Shown: piece by piece, positions 44,258 to 52,621 of the stretch
Numbering within the stretch: the stretch's first letter is position 1
Layout of the letters: every line of letters starts with the position of its first letter
Assembly: GCF_004765795.1 (NCBI RefSeq)
Contig: NZ_SBIV01000012.1
Coordinates: 1 to 64,000 of the forward strand
DNA length: 64,000 nt
DNA from: Halorussus marinus
Lineage (GTDB): Archaea > Halobacteriota > Halobacteria > Halobacteriales > Haladaptataceae
Reading direction: 5' to 3'
Made by a program: the position numbers and the translations under genes
The notes under the pieces: model-generated
Seen by the model: only the letters and a program-made list of their open reading frames with translations
Told to the model about the DNA's origin: nothing
The model's database searches: none

Positions 44258-45940
44258 CTACGCCGCGAGCCCCGCACCGACGAACCCCGCGAGGAACGAC
44301 CCGACCGCCGCCAGAAGGGCGAGTCCGACCCGATAGCCGACCAGCGCGCGGTCGAAGCCCCGTTCCAGCGCGGTGGCGAGCGCGGTGAGCACCGCCGCGA
44401 GCGCGAGCACGTAGGTCGAGACGACGACGCCGAGCGCGCCAGTGGGGAACGGCTCGCCGAGCGCACTCGCGGCCATCCCGTCGGCGAGCGCGACCGTCGC
44501 ACCGCCGACCAGCGGCCCGAACACCGCCGCCGTGTTCCGGAGCGTGCCGGTGACGCGGGCGAGCTCGCGGCGGGCCTCGCGCTCGACGCGCTGGAGGTCC
44601 TCGACGTGGTCGGCCATCGAGACGATCGCCCGGCCCGCGGGCCGGCCCTCGCGGGCGGCGAGCGCGAGTAGCGCGGCGACGCTCCGGGCCTGCGGGCTCG
44701 GCACGTCGGCGAGCGCGCCGTGTTCGCCGAGGAACGCGGTCCGGACTCCGACCCGGAGGCGACGCTGGACGCCCGCGGCGGTCGCGAGCGTCTCGCCCGT
44801 GCGGCCCGCGACCTCCGGGGCCGCGTCGGCGATCGCCGACTCGACGGCCGCGCCGTCGCTCACCCGCCGGCCCACGAGGTAGAGGGCGTCGGTCAGATGG
44901 CGCTCGACCCGCCGGGCGTCGTTCCGGACGAGCGTGACCGGCCGGAACCGCACGACGAGAGCCGCCCCGACCGCGATCCCGAGCGTCGCGGGCCAGCGCG
45001 TCCACGCCGCGAGGGGCGTCGTCACGGCGAGTCCGACGAGTCCCGCGGCCGCGCTCGCGGCGACGACCGGCCAGCGGCGCTCGGGCACGTCGGGGTGAGA
45101 GCGGGCCACGTCGGGCGGGGGGAACGCCGCCGGTCGGCGCACGACGAGCCACGCGCCCGCACCGACGAGCAGTCCCGGCAACAACAGGTCGTAGACGACC
45201 GCGAGCGCGGGGATCGAGACGGGGACGCCAGCGACCCGTGCGGCCGGGAGCACCGCGACCAGCGCGAGCGGGAGCAGGACGCCGAACGCGTACACCCCGG
45301 TCGTCGGCGCCCGAGCGTCGTCGGCGAACGACGCCATCCGGTCGCGGGTGCCGTCGAGGATCGCGGTCATCGCCCGATCGAGGCTCCGGGCGCGTTCGCT
45401 CGCGGGGGCATCGGCGGCCGCCTCGACGAGCAGGACCGCCCGCCTGAGCGGTGGATTCCGGTCGGCCCACGTCGCGCCGAACGCCGCGAGTCCCGATCCC
45501 GGCGTGCCCGCGGCGCGCCGGACGTGATCGCGGAGGCTGGCCGCGAGCGGCCCCTCGGCGGTCGCGGCGAACGACGCCGCCCGCTCGCTCGCGGGCTCGA
45601 CGCGCATCCGGAGTACGAGTCGGGCGACCAGCGCTGGCGCGGCTCCCATCGCGGCGGTCCGCCGAGCCGTCGCGAGCGCGATCGGAGCGCGTCGAACGCA
45701 CCGAGCCGCGCCGACTGCGACCGCGAGCAACGCCGCGGCGACCAGCGGTTGGAGCCCCGTCGGGGCGACGGCGAGCGCAGGGACCCCGAGACAGGCGACG
45801 AGGACGCCGGCTCCGCGCCCGGCACGCACCACCGCATCGGCGTCGGCGTCCGCGCCGAGGTACGAGAGCGCGCGTTCGAGTTCCGGATCGGTCGACGCCG
45901 GTCCGGGGACGAGCCGACCCAACCGCCCGACGAGTCTCAC
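44258..45940 (-). CDS. TadC/PilC-like membrane platform protein
   Basis: GTGA overlap with the ATPase stop; multiple TMs in two repeated halves. Confidence 0.75.
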   Translation of the reverse strand: MRLVGRLGRLVPGPASTDPELERALSYLGADADADAVVRAGRGAGVLVACLGVPALAVAPTGLQPLVAAALLAVAVGAARCVRRAPIALATARRTAAMGAAPALVARLVLRMRVEPASERAASFAATAEGPLAASLRDHVRRAAGTPGSGLAAFGATWADRNPPLRRAVLLVEAAADAPASERARSLDRAMTAILDGTRDRMASFADDARAPTTGVYAFGVLLPLALVAVLPAARVAGVPVSIPALAVVYDLLLPGLLVGAGAWLVVRRPAAFPPPDVARSHPDVPERRWPVVAASAAAGLVGLAVTTPLAAWTRWPATLGIAVGAALVVRFRPVTLVRNDARRVERHLTDALYLVGRRVSDGAAVESAIADAAPEVAGRTGETLATAAGVQRRLRVGVRTAFLGEHGALADVPSPQARSVAALLALAAREGRPAGRAIVSMADHVEDLQRVEREARRELARVTGTLRNTAAVFGPLVGGATVALADGMAASALGEPFPTGALGVVVSTYVLALAAVLTALATALERGFDRALVGYRVGLALLAAVGSFLAGFVGAGLAA

Positions 45941-47820
45941 GAGCGCCTCCGGTCCGCGTAGGCCGCCGTCACGTCCGCCGGGTCGGTGCAGTCGTCGGCG
46001 GCTAGCTCGGCGAACAGCGCCTCGCGGTCGGCGAGCGCTGCCCGGACGTCCGCGTAGCGCTCGTCGCCGCGCGCGAGTCGGGCGGCGAACCGGCTCTCGC
46101 CGCGCTCGATCCGCCCCGCCGGGTCGAGCGAGCCGCCCGAGCGCTCGAACAGGGGCTCGAACCGGTCGCCGTCGACGACCTCCTCGATCCGCGCGGCGCG
46201 GCGGCCGCCCTCCGGAGCGTCGCCGGCGTCGAGGGTCACCACGAAGTCCGTCGCCGCGAACGAGGAGGCCGGCACGTCTAGGTCCGAGACGACCCGTTCG
46301 CGGACGCCCGCGCCCCCGCTTCCGTGGATGGTGCCGAGCACCGCATCGCCGTTCGCGCCGACCCGCATCGCCTCGTAGAGGACGCGGGCCTCCTCGCCGC
46401 GGACCTCGCCGACCACCAGCGCGCCGTCGCCGAGCCTGAGCGCGGCTCGGAGCGCCTCGGTCGGGTCGAGCCCGGTCCCGTCGTCGGTCGACGTCCGGAG
46501 CGACTGGACGTCCCGGCCCTCGCGCTGGAGTCCGGCGACCGGGAGTTCGGGCGTGTCCTCGATGACGACCGTCCGGATCCGAGCGGGCAGTTCCCACAAC
46601 AGCGCGCCAAGCATCGTGGTCTTGCCCGCGCCACGCGGCCCGGCGATCAGCCCCGCCCCGGCGCGCTCGACCGCGAGCGAGAGGAACGCCGCGGCGTCGG
46701 CCGGCAGGGTCCCGTTCGCGACGAGCGCCGGCAGGGTCCAGGGCGTCGGATCGCGGGCCCGGAACGCGAACGCCGGCCCGTCGCTCGCGGGGTCGGTGAC
46801 GCCGGCCACCCGGACGCTCCCGGCCGCGGTGTCGGCGGTCGCATCGAGCGTCGGGGAGGCCCGCGAGAACGCCCGGCCGCTCGCGCGCCGGAACCGCGAG
46901 GCCAGCGTCTCGGCGCCAGTCTCGGTGAGTCGGACGTTGGTCCGCATCCGCTCGCCGTCGGCGACGACCCGCAGGGCGTTGTCGCCGACCGGCGCGGTGG
47001 CAAACACGTCCGAAACCGCGGGGTCTCCGAACAGATCGGCGAGCACGCCGTACCCGCGGGTGTGCTTTTCGAGGACGCCGGCGATGGTCGCGACCGGCGC
47101 GTCGGCGTCGTCGGCCGCCCGGCGGACCGCCCGGCCCGGGGCGCGCTCGCCGCCCGGGACGTCGCCGGCCGCGAGCAGGTCGTGGGCCCGAGCCAGCGTT
47201 TCGAGCGCGGGGCGGTCGAGGTCGCGCTCGACGGGGTCGAGGTGATAGGTCGCGATCGGCCCCGGACCGTCGTAGATCCGGACGGTCGCGCCGTTCGCGG
47301 CGGTTCGGCGGTCGCGGAGCGTCGCGTCCGCGGGCGAGCGAGCCCCGACCCGGGCCTTCGCGATCGGCGGGCCGACGAACGCCGCGAGCGCGTCGGCGGC
47401 CGAGGACTCGCGTTCGGCGATCGCGGCCAGACCGGTCTCGGCGGCGATCTCGCTCGCGGGACCGGCGCGACCGACGGCGTCGCGCGCCGCCCGAATCGGC
47501 GCCGTCGTCGCCCGGTCGGCGAGGTCAGCGTCGTAGAACGCGACGCGCTCGACGAACCGACCCGCCGCCGCCAGCAGCGCCGCGGCGTCGGCCTCGTAGG
47601 CGCGTTCGAGCCAGTCGGTCCGCGTCACCACCGCGTCGGCCGCCCGGTCGGCGAGCGCACGGATCACAGTGGCTCGGCAGTCGGCGCTGTCGGCGAGGTC
47701 GCCGTCGCCGGGGCAGTCGGTCGCGTCCACGACGAGCGCCCCCGATTCGAAGCCGGGGTCGCACGCGCAGGCCGGATCGGGGCTCGCAGGATCGCCGAGT
47801 CGCGCCAGCAGGTCACGCAT
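45937..47820 (-). CDS. Type II/IV secretion (VirB11/TadA/PilB-like) ATPase
   Basis: GPRGAGKTT, IEDTPEL, ALRL..LVVGEVRGEEA, GTIH. Confidence 0.92.
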   Translation of the reverse strand: MRDLLARLGDPASPDPACACDPGFESGALVVDATDCPGDGDLADSADCRATVIRALADRAADAVVTRTDWLERAYEADAAALLAAAGRFVERVAFYDADLADRATTAPIRAARDAVGRAGPASEIAAETGLAAIAERESSAADALAAFVGPPIAKARVGARSPADATLRDRRTAANGATVRIYDGPGPIATYHLDPVERDLDRPALETLARAHDLLAAGDVPGGERAPGRAVRRAADDADAPVATIAGVLEKHTRGYGVLADLFGDPAVSDVFATAPVGDNALRVVADGERMRTNVRLTETGAETLASRFRRASGRAFSRASPTLDATADTAAGSVRVAGVTDPASDGPAFAFRARDPTPWTLPALVANGTLPADAAAFLSLAVERAGAGLIAGPRGAGKTTMLGALLWELPARIRTVVIEDTPELPVAGLQREGRDVQSLRTSTDDGTGLDPTEALRAALRLGDGALVVGEVRGEEARVLYEAMRVGANGDAVLGTIHGSGGAGVRERVVSDLDVPASSFAATDFVVTLDAGDAPEGGRRAARIEEVVDGDRFEPLFERSGGSLDPAGRIERGESRFAARLARGDERYADVRAALADREALFAELAADDCTDPADVTAAYADRRRS

Positions 47821-47941
47821 GTGGCGTGGTCGCCGCCCCCTCGGTGTTAAATGTCGGGGCGCCGATCGGCCCGATCGCGAGATCGTCGCCGAGCCCTGCC
47901 GGTTCGGCCACCTTTAGGGCGGTGAGCGTCCAAGCGCCGGC

Positions 47942-49033
47942 ATGGACGAACGCGACGACCTGCTGATGACGCCCGGTCCGACGGAGCTCCCGCCGGCGGT
48001 CCGGGAGGCCATGTCCCGTCCGCCGCTGAACCCGGACGTCCAGCCCGAGTTCGCCGACTACTACCGTTCGCTGCTCGACAAACTGGCGAGCGTCTACCGC
48101 ACCGACGACGACGTGGTGGTGCTCGCCGGGGAGGGTATCCTCGGGCTGGAGGCCGCGGTCGCGTCGCTGGTCGACGACGGCGAGGAGGTGCTCTCGCTCG
48201 CCAACGGGATCTACGGCGAGGGGTTCGCGGACTTCGTGACGACCCACGGCGGCGAGCCGACGCTCCACGAGGCTCCGTTCGATGCGGGATTCGACGTCGA
48301 GTCGGTCAAAGCCGCGGTCGAGGACGGCGACTACGCGGTCGCCACGCTGGTCCACTGCGAGACCCCGACCGGCGTGCTCAACGACATCGAGGAGCTACTC
48401 GGCGTGCTACAGGACGCCGGCGTGGTGACGGTGGTCGACGCCGTCTCCTCGCTGGGCGGGACGCCGGTTCCGACCGACCGGATCGACGTCTGTCTGGGCG
48501 CGTCCCAGAAGTGTCTCAGTTCGCCGCCGGGGCTGACGACTCTCTCGGTCAGCGACCGAGCGTGGGAGAAAGTCGCGGCGACCGATCAAGGCGGCTTCTA
48601 CGCGAGCCTCGAACCGTGGCGCGGCCTCGATCTGGCCGACAAGGACCCCGACATGCTCCCGTACACCCACGCGGTGTCGAACCTCTATGCGCTGGAGGCG
48701 TCGCTCGATCTGCTCCTCGACGAGGGGCTGGGGTCGGTGTTCGAGCGCCACGAGGCCGCCGCCGAGCGGTGTCGCGAGCGCGGTCGCGACCTCGGGCTGG
48801 AGCCGTTCGCGCCCGAGTCGATGGCGTCGCCGACCGTGACCGCGTTCGAGATCGAGGGCCGCGCGGACGAGATCCGGGACCGACTCGAAGCCGACCGGGG
48901 CATCGTCGTCGCCACCGGACTCGGCGAGCACGCCGAGGACCTGCTCCGAGTCGGCCACATGGGGTACGGCGCGACGATCGAGCGCGTCGACCAGACGATG
49001 GACGCGCTCGGGGCGATGCTCGAGGCGTCGTAG
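47942..49033 (+). CDS. Class V PLP-dependent aminotransferase
   Basis: TPGP, HCETPTG, DAVSS, SQKCL, RVGHMG. Confidence 0.92.
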   Translation: MDERDDLLMTPGPTELPPAVREAMSRPPLNPDVQPEFADYYRSLLDKLASVYRTDDDVVVLAGEGILGLEAAVASLVDDGEEVLSLANGIYGEGFADFVTTHGGEPTLHEAPFDAGFDVESVKAAVEDGDYAVATLVHCETPTGVLNDIEELLGVLQDAGVVTVVDAVSSLGGTPVPTDRIDVCLGASQKCLSSPPGLTTLSVSDRAWEKVAATDQGGFYASLEPWRGLDLADKDPDMLPYTHAVSNLYALEASLDLLLDEGLGSVFERHEAAAERCRERGRDLGLEPFAPESMASPTVTAFEIEGRADEIRDRLEADRGIVVATGLGEHAEDLLRVGHMGYGATIERVDQTMDALGAMLEAS

Positions 49034-49094
49034 GGTCAGAGCGACCCCGCCGTCCGGGCAAACACTCATGTGGAACGACTCACAACTGTTCGGT

Positions 49095-49346
49095 ATGAAC
49101 AAGTGGCTACGCATCGGCGGGTGGGCCGCGCTCGCACTGGTCGGCCTCTGGGTGGTCTTCGAGGTCGTGAGCGTCGTCCTCGGCTTCCTCTCGTGGGTCG
49201 TGAGCACGGTCGTCTCGCTGCTCGTGTTGGCGCTGTTGCTGTATCTGGCGTACCTCGGAGTCTCGAAACTGTTCGGCGGCTCCGGTGGCTCGGGCGGGTC
49301 CCGATCCCGATCGCAGTCCCGCGAGAAAGAACGCGCCTTCGAGTGA
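49095..49346 (+). CDS. Small membrane protein
   Basis: Long hydrophobic core; Gly/Ser/Arg tail. Confidence 0.65.
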   Translation: MNKWLRIGGWAALALVGLWVVFEVVSVVLGFLSWVVSTVVSLLVLALLLYLAYLGVSKLFGGSGGSGGSRSRSQSREKERAFE

Positions 49347-49445
49347 CGTGGCGTCGCCGGTCGATCGGACAGCCCACCCGGTAGAGAGTGTCCGATGGGT
49401 GAGACACGACATCCGAACGACCCGTCGCCTCGTTCCGTCAGAAAG

Positions 49446-49520
49446 AGCCGGTGGAGGGATTTGAACCCTCGGCCTATTCCTTACGAAGGAATCGCTCTAG
49501 CCAGTCTGAGCTACACCGGC
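49446..49520 (-). tRNA. tRNA-Thr(CGU)
   Basis: GCCGGUG/CACCGGC acceptor stem, AUUCC-UUCGUAA-GGAAU anticodon arm, GGUUCAAAUCC T-arm. Confidence 0.97.
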
Positions 49521-49620
49521 ACGCTCGGCTTGTACGCACACCGAGCGCGACCTCGTCGCGCTCGCCTGCACTCATTACTACCTGCGACGGTGAAGATAAG
49601 CGTTCCGAAATCGCACGACC

Positions 49621-50601
49621 TCAGCGACTCAGCCGCACGTCGAGACAGACGTTGAGTTCGTGAGGCGCGTACGACCGGACCGCGTGGCGGGTCTCGACCG
49701 CGACCGCGTACTCGGGCTCGGCGGCCTCCCTGATCGCGGCCTCGCCGGGTCCGAACGGGTCCTCGTCGTGCTGGATGTCGTAGTAGTGGATCACGCAGTC
49801 GTCGCCCGCGAGTTCGACCGCGGTATCGAGGAAGTCGTCGGCGCTGTGCGGGAGGTTCATCACCACGCGGTCGGCCCAGTCGGCGTAGTCGGGGGCGATC
49901 TCTCGGACGTCGCCCCGTCTCGCGGTGACCCGATCCGCGACGCCGTTCCGACGGGCGTTCTCCCGAAGGTACTCGACGGCTCGTTCGTTCAGATCGACGC
50001 CGACGACCTCCGCGCCGCGCTTCGCGAACGGGATCGCGAACGGGCCGACGCCCGCGAACATGTCGAAGGCCCGCTCGTCGGACTCGACCTGTTTGGCGAC
50101 CCGGTGGCGCTCGGTGGCGAGCCGCGGCGAGAAGTACACCTCGGCGACGTCGAGCAGGTACTCACAGCCGTACTCACGGTGGACGGTCTCGGTCCCGTCG
50201 CCGGCGAGCACCTCCCAGTCGCGCACCCGGAGTTCGCCTTTGACCTTCGAGGCGCGGTTGAGGACGGTCTCGGCCGGAACGTCCGACGACATCACCGCGT
50301 CGGCGAGCTCGCGAGCGCGGTCGGCGTCGTCCTCGTCGACGATCACGATGTCGCCGAGCCGCTCGTAGGAGGGTTCGAACCCGAGCAGGTCGGCGGGGGT
50401 GTCCTGCGTGCGTCGCTCGTCGACCTCGCGGACGACGACGGTCAGGTCCTCGGACACCGCCTCGGGGTCGGTGACCGGCACGAACAGAGAGCCGTCCTCG
50501 GATTCGATCTCGCGGTCCTCGGCGACGAGGTCTGCGTCCGCGAGCCTGCGGCGAGTCTCCTCGCCGCGCTCGCGGTCGACGCGCACGCACGGCGCTTCCA
50601 T
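49621..50601 (-). CDS. trm5: Trm5/Tyw2-family tRNA methyltransferase
   Basis: YFSPRLATER, DMFAGVGPF, VMNLP. Confidence 0.85.
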   Translation of the reverse strand: MEAPCVRVDRERGEETRRRLADADLVAEDREIESEDGSLFVPVTDPEAVSEDLTVVVREVDERRTQDTPADLLGFEPSYERLGDIVIVDEDDADRARELADAVMSSDVPAETVLNRASKVKGELRVRDWEVLAGDGTETVHREYGCEYLLDVAEVYFSPRLATERHRVAKQVESDERAFDMFAGVGPFAIPFAKRGAEVVGVDLNERAVEYLRENARRNGVADRVTARRGDVREIAPDYADWADRVVMNLPHSADDFLDTAVELAGDDCVIHYYDIQHDEDPFGPGEAAIREAAEPEYAVAVETRHAVRSYAPHELNVCLDVRLSR

Positions 50602-50716
50602 GACCGGGCGTTGGGTCGGTCCGGCGTTAACCCTGACGCTTCGCCGGCCGACGGCGACGCCGGGCTCGCTCGGCCGCACTCGAAAAGCTATACACCGGTC
50701 CGCTCGTAGCCCTGGT

Positions 50717-51490
50717 ATGCTCACTTTCGTCGGACTCGGCCTCTACGACGAGCGCTCGATCACCGTCGAGGGCCGAGACGCCGTTCGGAGCGCCGATCGG
50801 GTCTTCGCGGAGTTCTACACGAGCAGGCTCCTCGGCGCGACCGTCGAGGACCTCGAATCGTACCACGGCGTCGACATCGACGTTCGCGATCGGGCGGGCG
50901 TCGAGCGCGATCCCGAGCCCGTCCTCCGGGCGGCCGAGGACGGCGACGCCGTCTTCCTCACCGCCGGCGACACGATGATTTCGACCACCCACGTCGACCT
51001 CCGACTGCGCGCCGAAGACCGGGGGATCGACACTCGGATCGTCCACGCTCCGACCGCCGAGTCGGCCGCCAGCGGGCTTACGGGACTCCAGAACTACCGG
51101 TTCGGAAAGGCGACCACGCTCCCCTTCGAGTACGCCCACGGCGCCGACGGACTGCCGGCCAGCGTCACCGACACCATCGACGACAACCGCGAGCGCGGGC
51201 TCCACACGCTGGTGTACCTCGACATCAAAGCCGATCGCGAGGAGTACATGACCGCCGACCACGCGGCCGGCCTGCTCGCGGCGGAGTACGGTGACACGCT
51301 CGGCGTAGTGGTCGCGCGAGCCGGGAGCCCCGAACCGCTGGTCGCCGCCGATCGGCTCTCGGCGCTCGCCGATCGGGAGTTCGGCGACCCGCTTCACTTG
51401 CTCGTGGTGCCGGGCGACCTCCACCACATCGAGGCCGACGCGCTCGGGACGCTCACGGGCGCGCCGGAGGAACTGCTCGACGTCGAGTGA
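50717..51490 (+). CDS. dph5: Diphthine synthase
   Basis: MLTFVGLGL, EFYTS, ATTH-like STTHVDL, GLQNYRFGK, GLHTLVYLDI. Confidence 0.95.
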   Translation: MLTFVGLGLYDERSITVEGRDAVRSADRVFAEFYTSRLLGATVEDLESYHGVDIDVRDRAGVERDPEPVLRAAEDGDAVFLTAGDTMISTTHVDLRLRAEDRGIDTRIVHAPTAESAASGLTGLQNYRFGKATTLPFEYAHGADGLPASVTDTIDDNRERGLHTLVYLDIKADREEYMTADHAAGLLAAEYGDTLGVVVARAGSPEPLVAADRLSALADREFGDPLHLLVVPGDLHHIEADALGTLTGAPEELLDVE

Positions 51491-52423
51491 CTACCGTTTT
51501 TCGCCGTTGCCGTCGGCCCTGACGGGGCGGTCGGTCCCGACGGCGTCGTGGAGGTCGTAGTCGTCGCCGGTCGCGATGTACAGCACGTCCTCGGCGACGG
51601 TGAGGAGTTCGGGGACCTCGCGGGCGACCGCCCACGCGATGCCCACCAGCGCGACGACCGAGAGGCTCTGGGCGAGCACCCGATCGGAGATGAAATAGGA
51701 GACCATGTTGGGGTTCTGGTAGCCCACCAACCCGCTGATCGGGTCGACGAAGATCTGGAACCACTGGAAGCTGAACGCGAGCGTGATGAACACGACTCTG
51801 ACGAGGTTGAGCCCCCAGATAACGGGGATCGCGATCGCCAGCGCCCGGAGCTTCCGACCGAGCGGGGCCCGGACCGCGCCGATCAGTCCGCCGAAGATGG
51901 CCATGCTCCCGAGGCCGGTGCAGGCCAGCAGGACGTTGGTGGTGAACTCGCCCTTCGTCGGGTGGACGAACAGGTACGTACCCTGAATCTCGCGGCCGTG
52001 GTTGATGACCTCGAACTCGTAGCCCATCGCGTCCATGACGAACGCCCCCTGGGCCGCCACGGTCTCGATCAGGAGGTGCTTTGCGGGCGTGATCATCGTG
52101 AACGGCAGGTAGATCAGCCCCATGATGGCGACCGCCCGCGAGAGCAGAAAGAGAGTCTCGCGGCCGTCGACGAGGAGGTAGGCGGCGTAGAGACACGCCG
52201 GTAGCGCCGCGAAGCTCAGTGCGCCCTCGATGAAACTGCGCTGCTCGAACGCGAAGTGCGGGAAGAGGGCGGCCCAGAAGACGCCAAAGACCACCCACGA
52301 CGCGGCGGCGAGATAGCGCGCCCGACCGCGACCGCGCTCGCCCTCGTACCAGTCGTAGGCGACGGCCGCGGCGAACAGTCCGACGATCAGCCACGCGAGC
52401 GCGTCCGTGAACGCGGAAGTCAC
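51491..52423 (-). CDS. artA: Archaeosortase A
   Basis: Multi-TM; LACTGLGS (catalytic Cys), NLVRVVFI, SYFISDRVLAQ. Confidence 0.92.
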   Translation of the reverse strand: MTSAFTDALAWLIVGLFAAAVAYDWYEGERGRGRARYLAAASWVVFGVFWAALFPHFAFEQRSFIEGALSFAALPACLYAAYLLVDGRETLFLLSRAVAIMGLIYLPFTMITPAKHLLIETVAAQGAFVMDAMGYEFEVINHGREIQGTYLFVHPTKGEFTTNVLLACTGLGSMAIFGGLIGAVRAPLGRKLRALAIAIPVIWGLNLVRVVFITLAFSFQWFQIFVDPISGLVGYQNPNMVSYFISDRVLAQSLSVVALVGIAWAVAREVPELLTVAEDVLYIATGDDYDLHDAVGTDRPVRADGNGEKR

Positions 52424-52621
52424 AGTTAAGCGGTACCAAGTCCGCGAAGGATAAAGCGTTGACGGCTCCGACCGCGACCGGTAACCGCGGCTTAGCTCAC
52501 GCGAAACGTACCGTTTCTGCGCCGGGCGCCGTCGCTACGTGGGTCGGCTACGAAAGAATGGGAACCGCGAATCGCACGGCACGTCGAACCGAACCCGTGG
52601 GGGTTCGGTGGTTAGCGAGCG

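Noticed and set aside
49346..49445. Element integrated at tRNA-Thr
   Set aside because: Flanks are ordinary genes; no att repeat or mobile genes.
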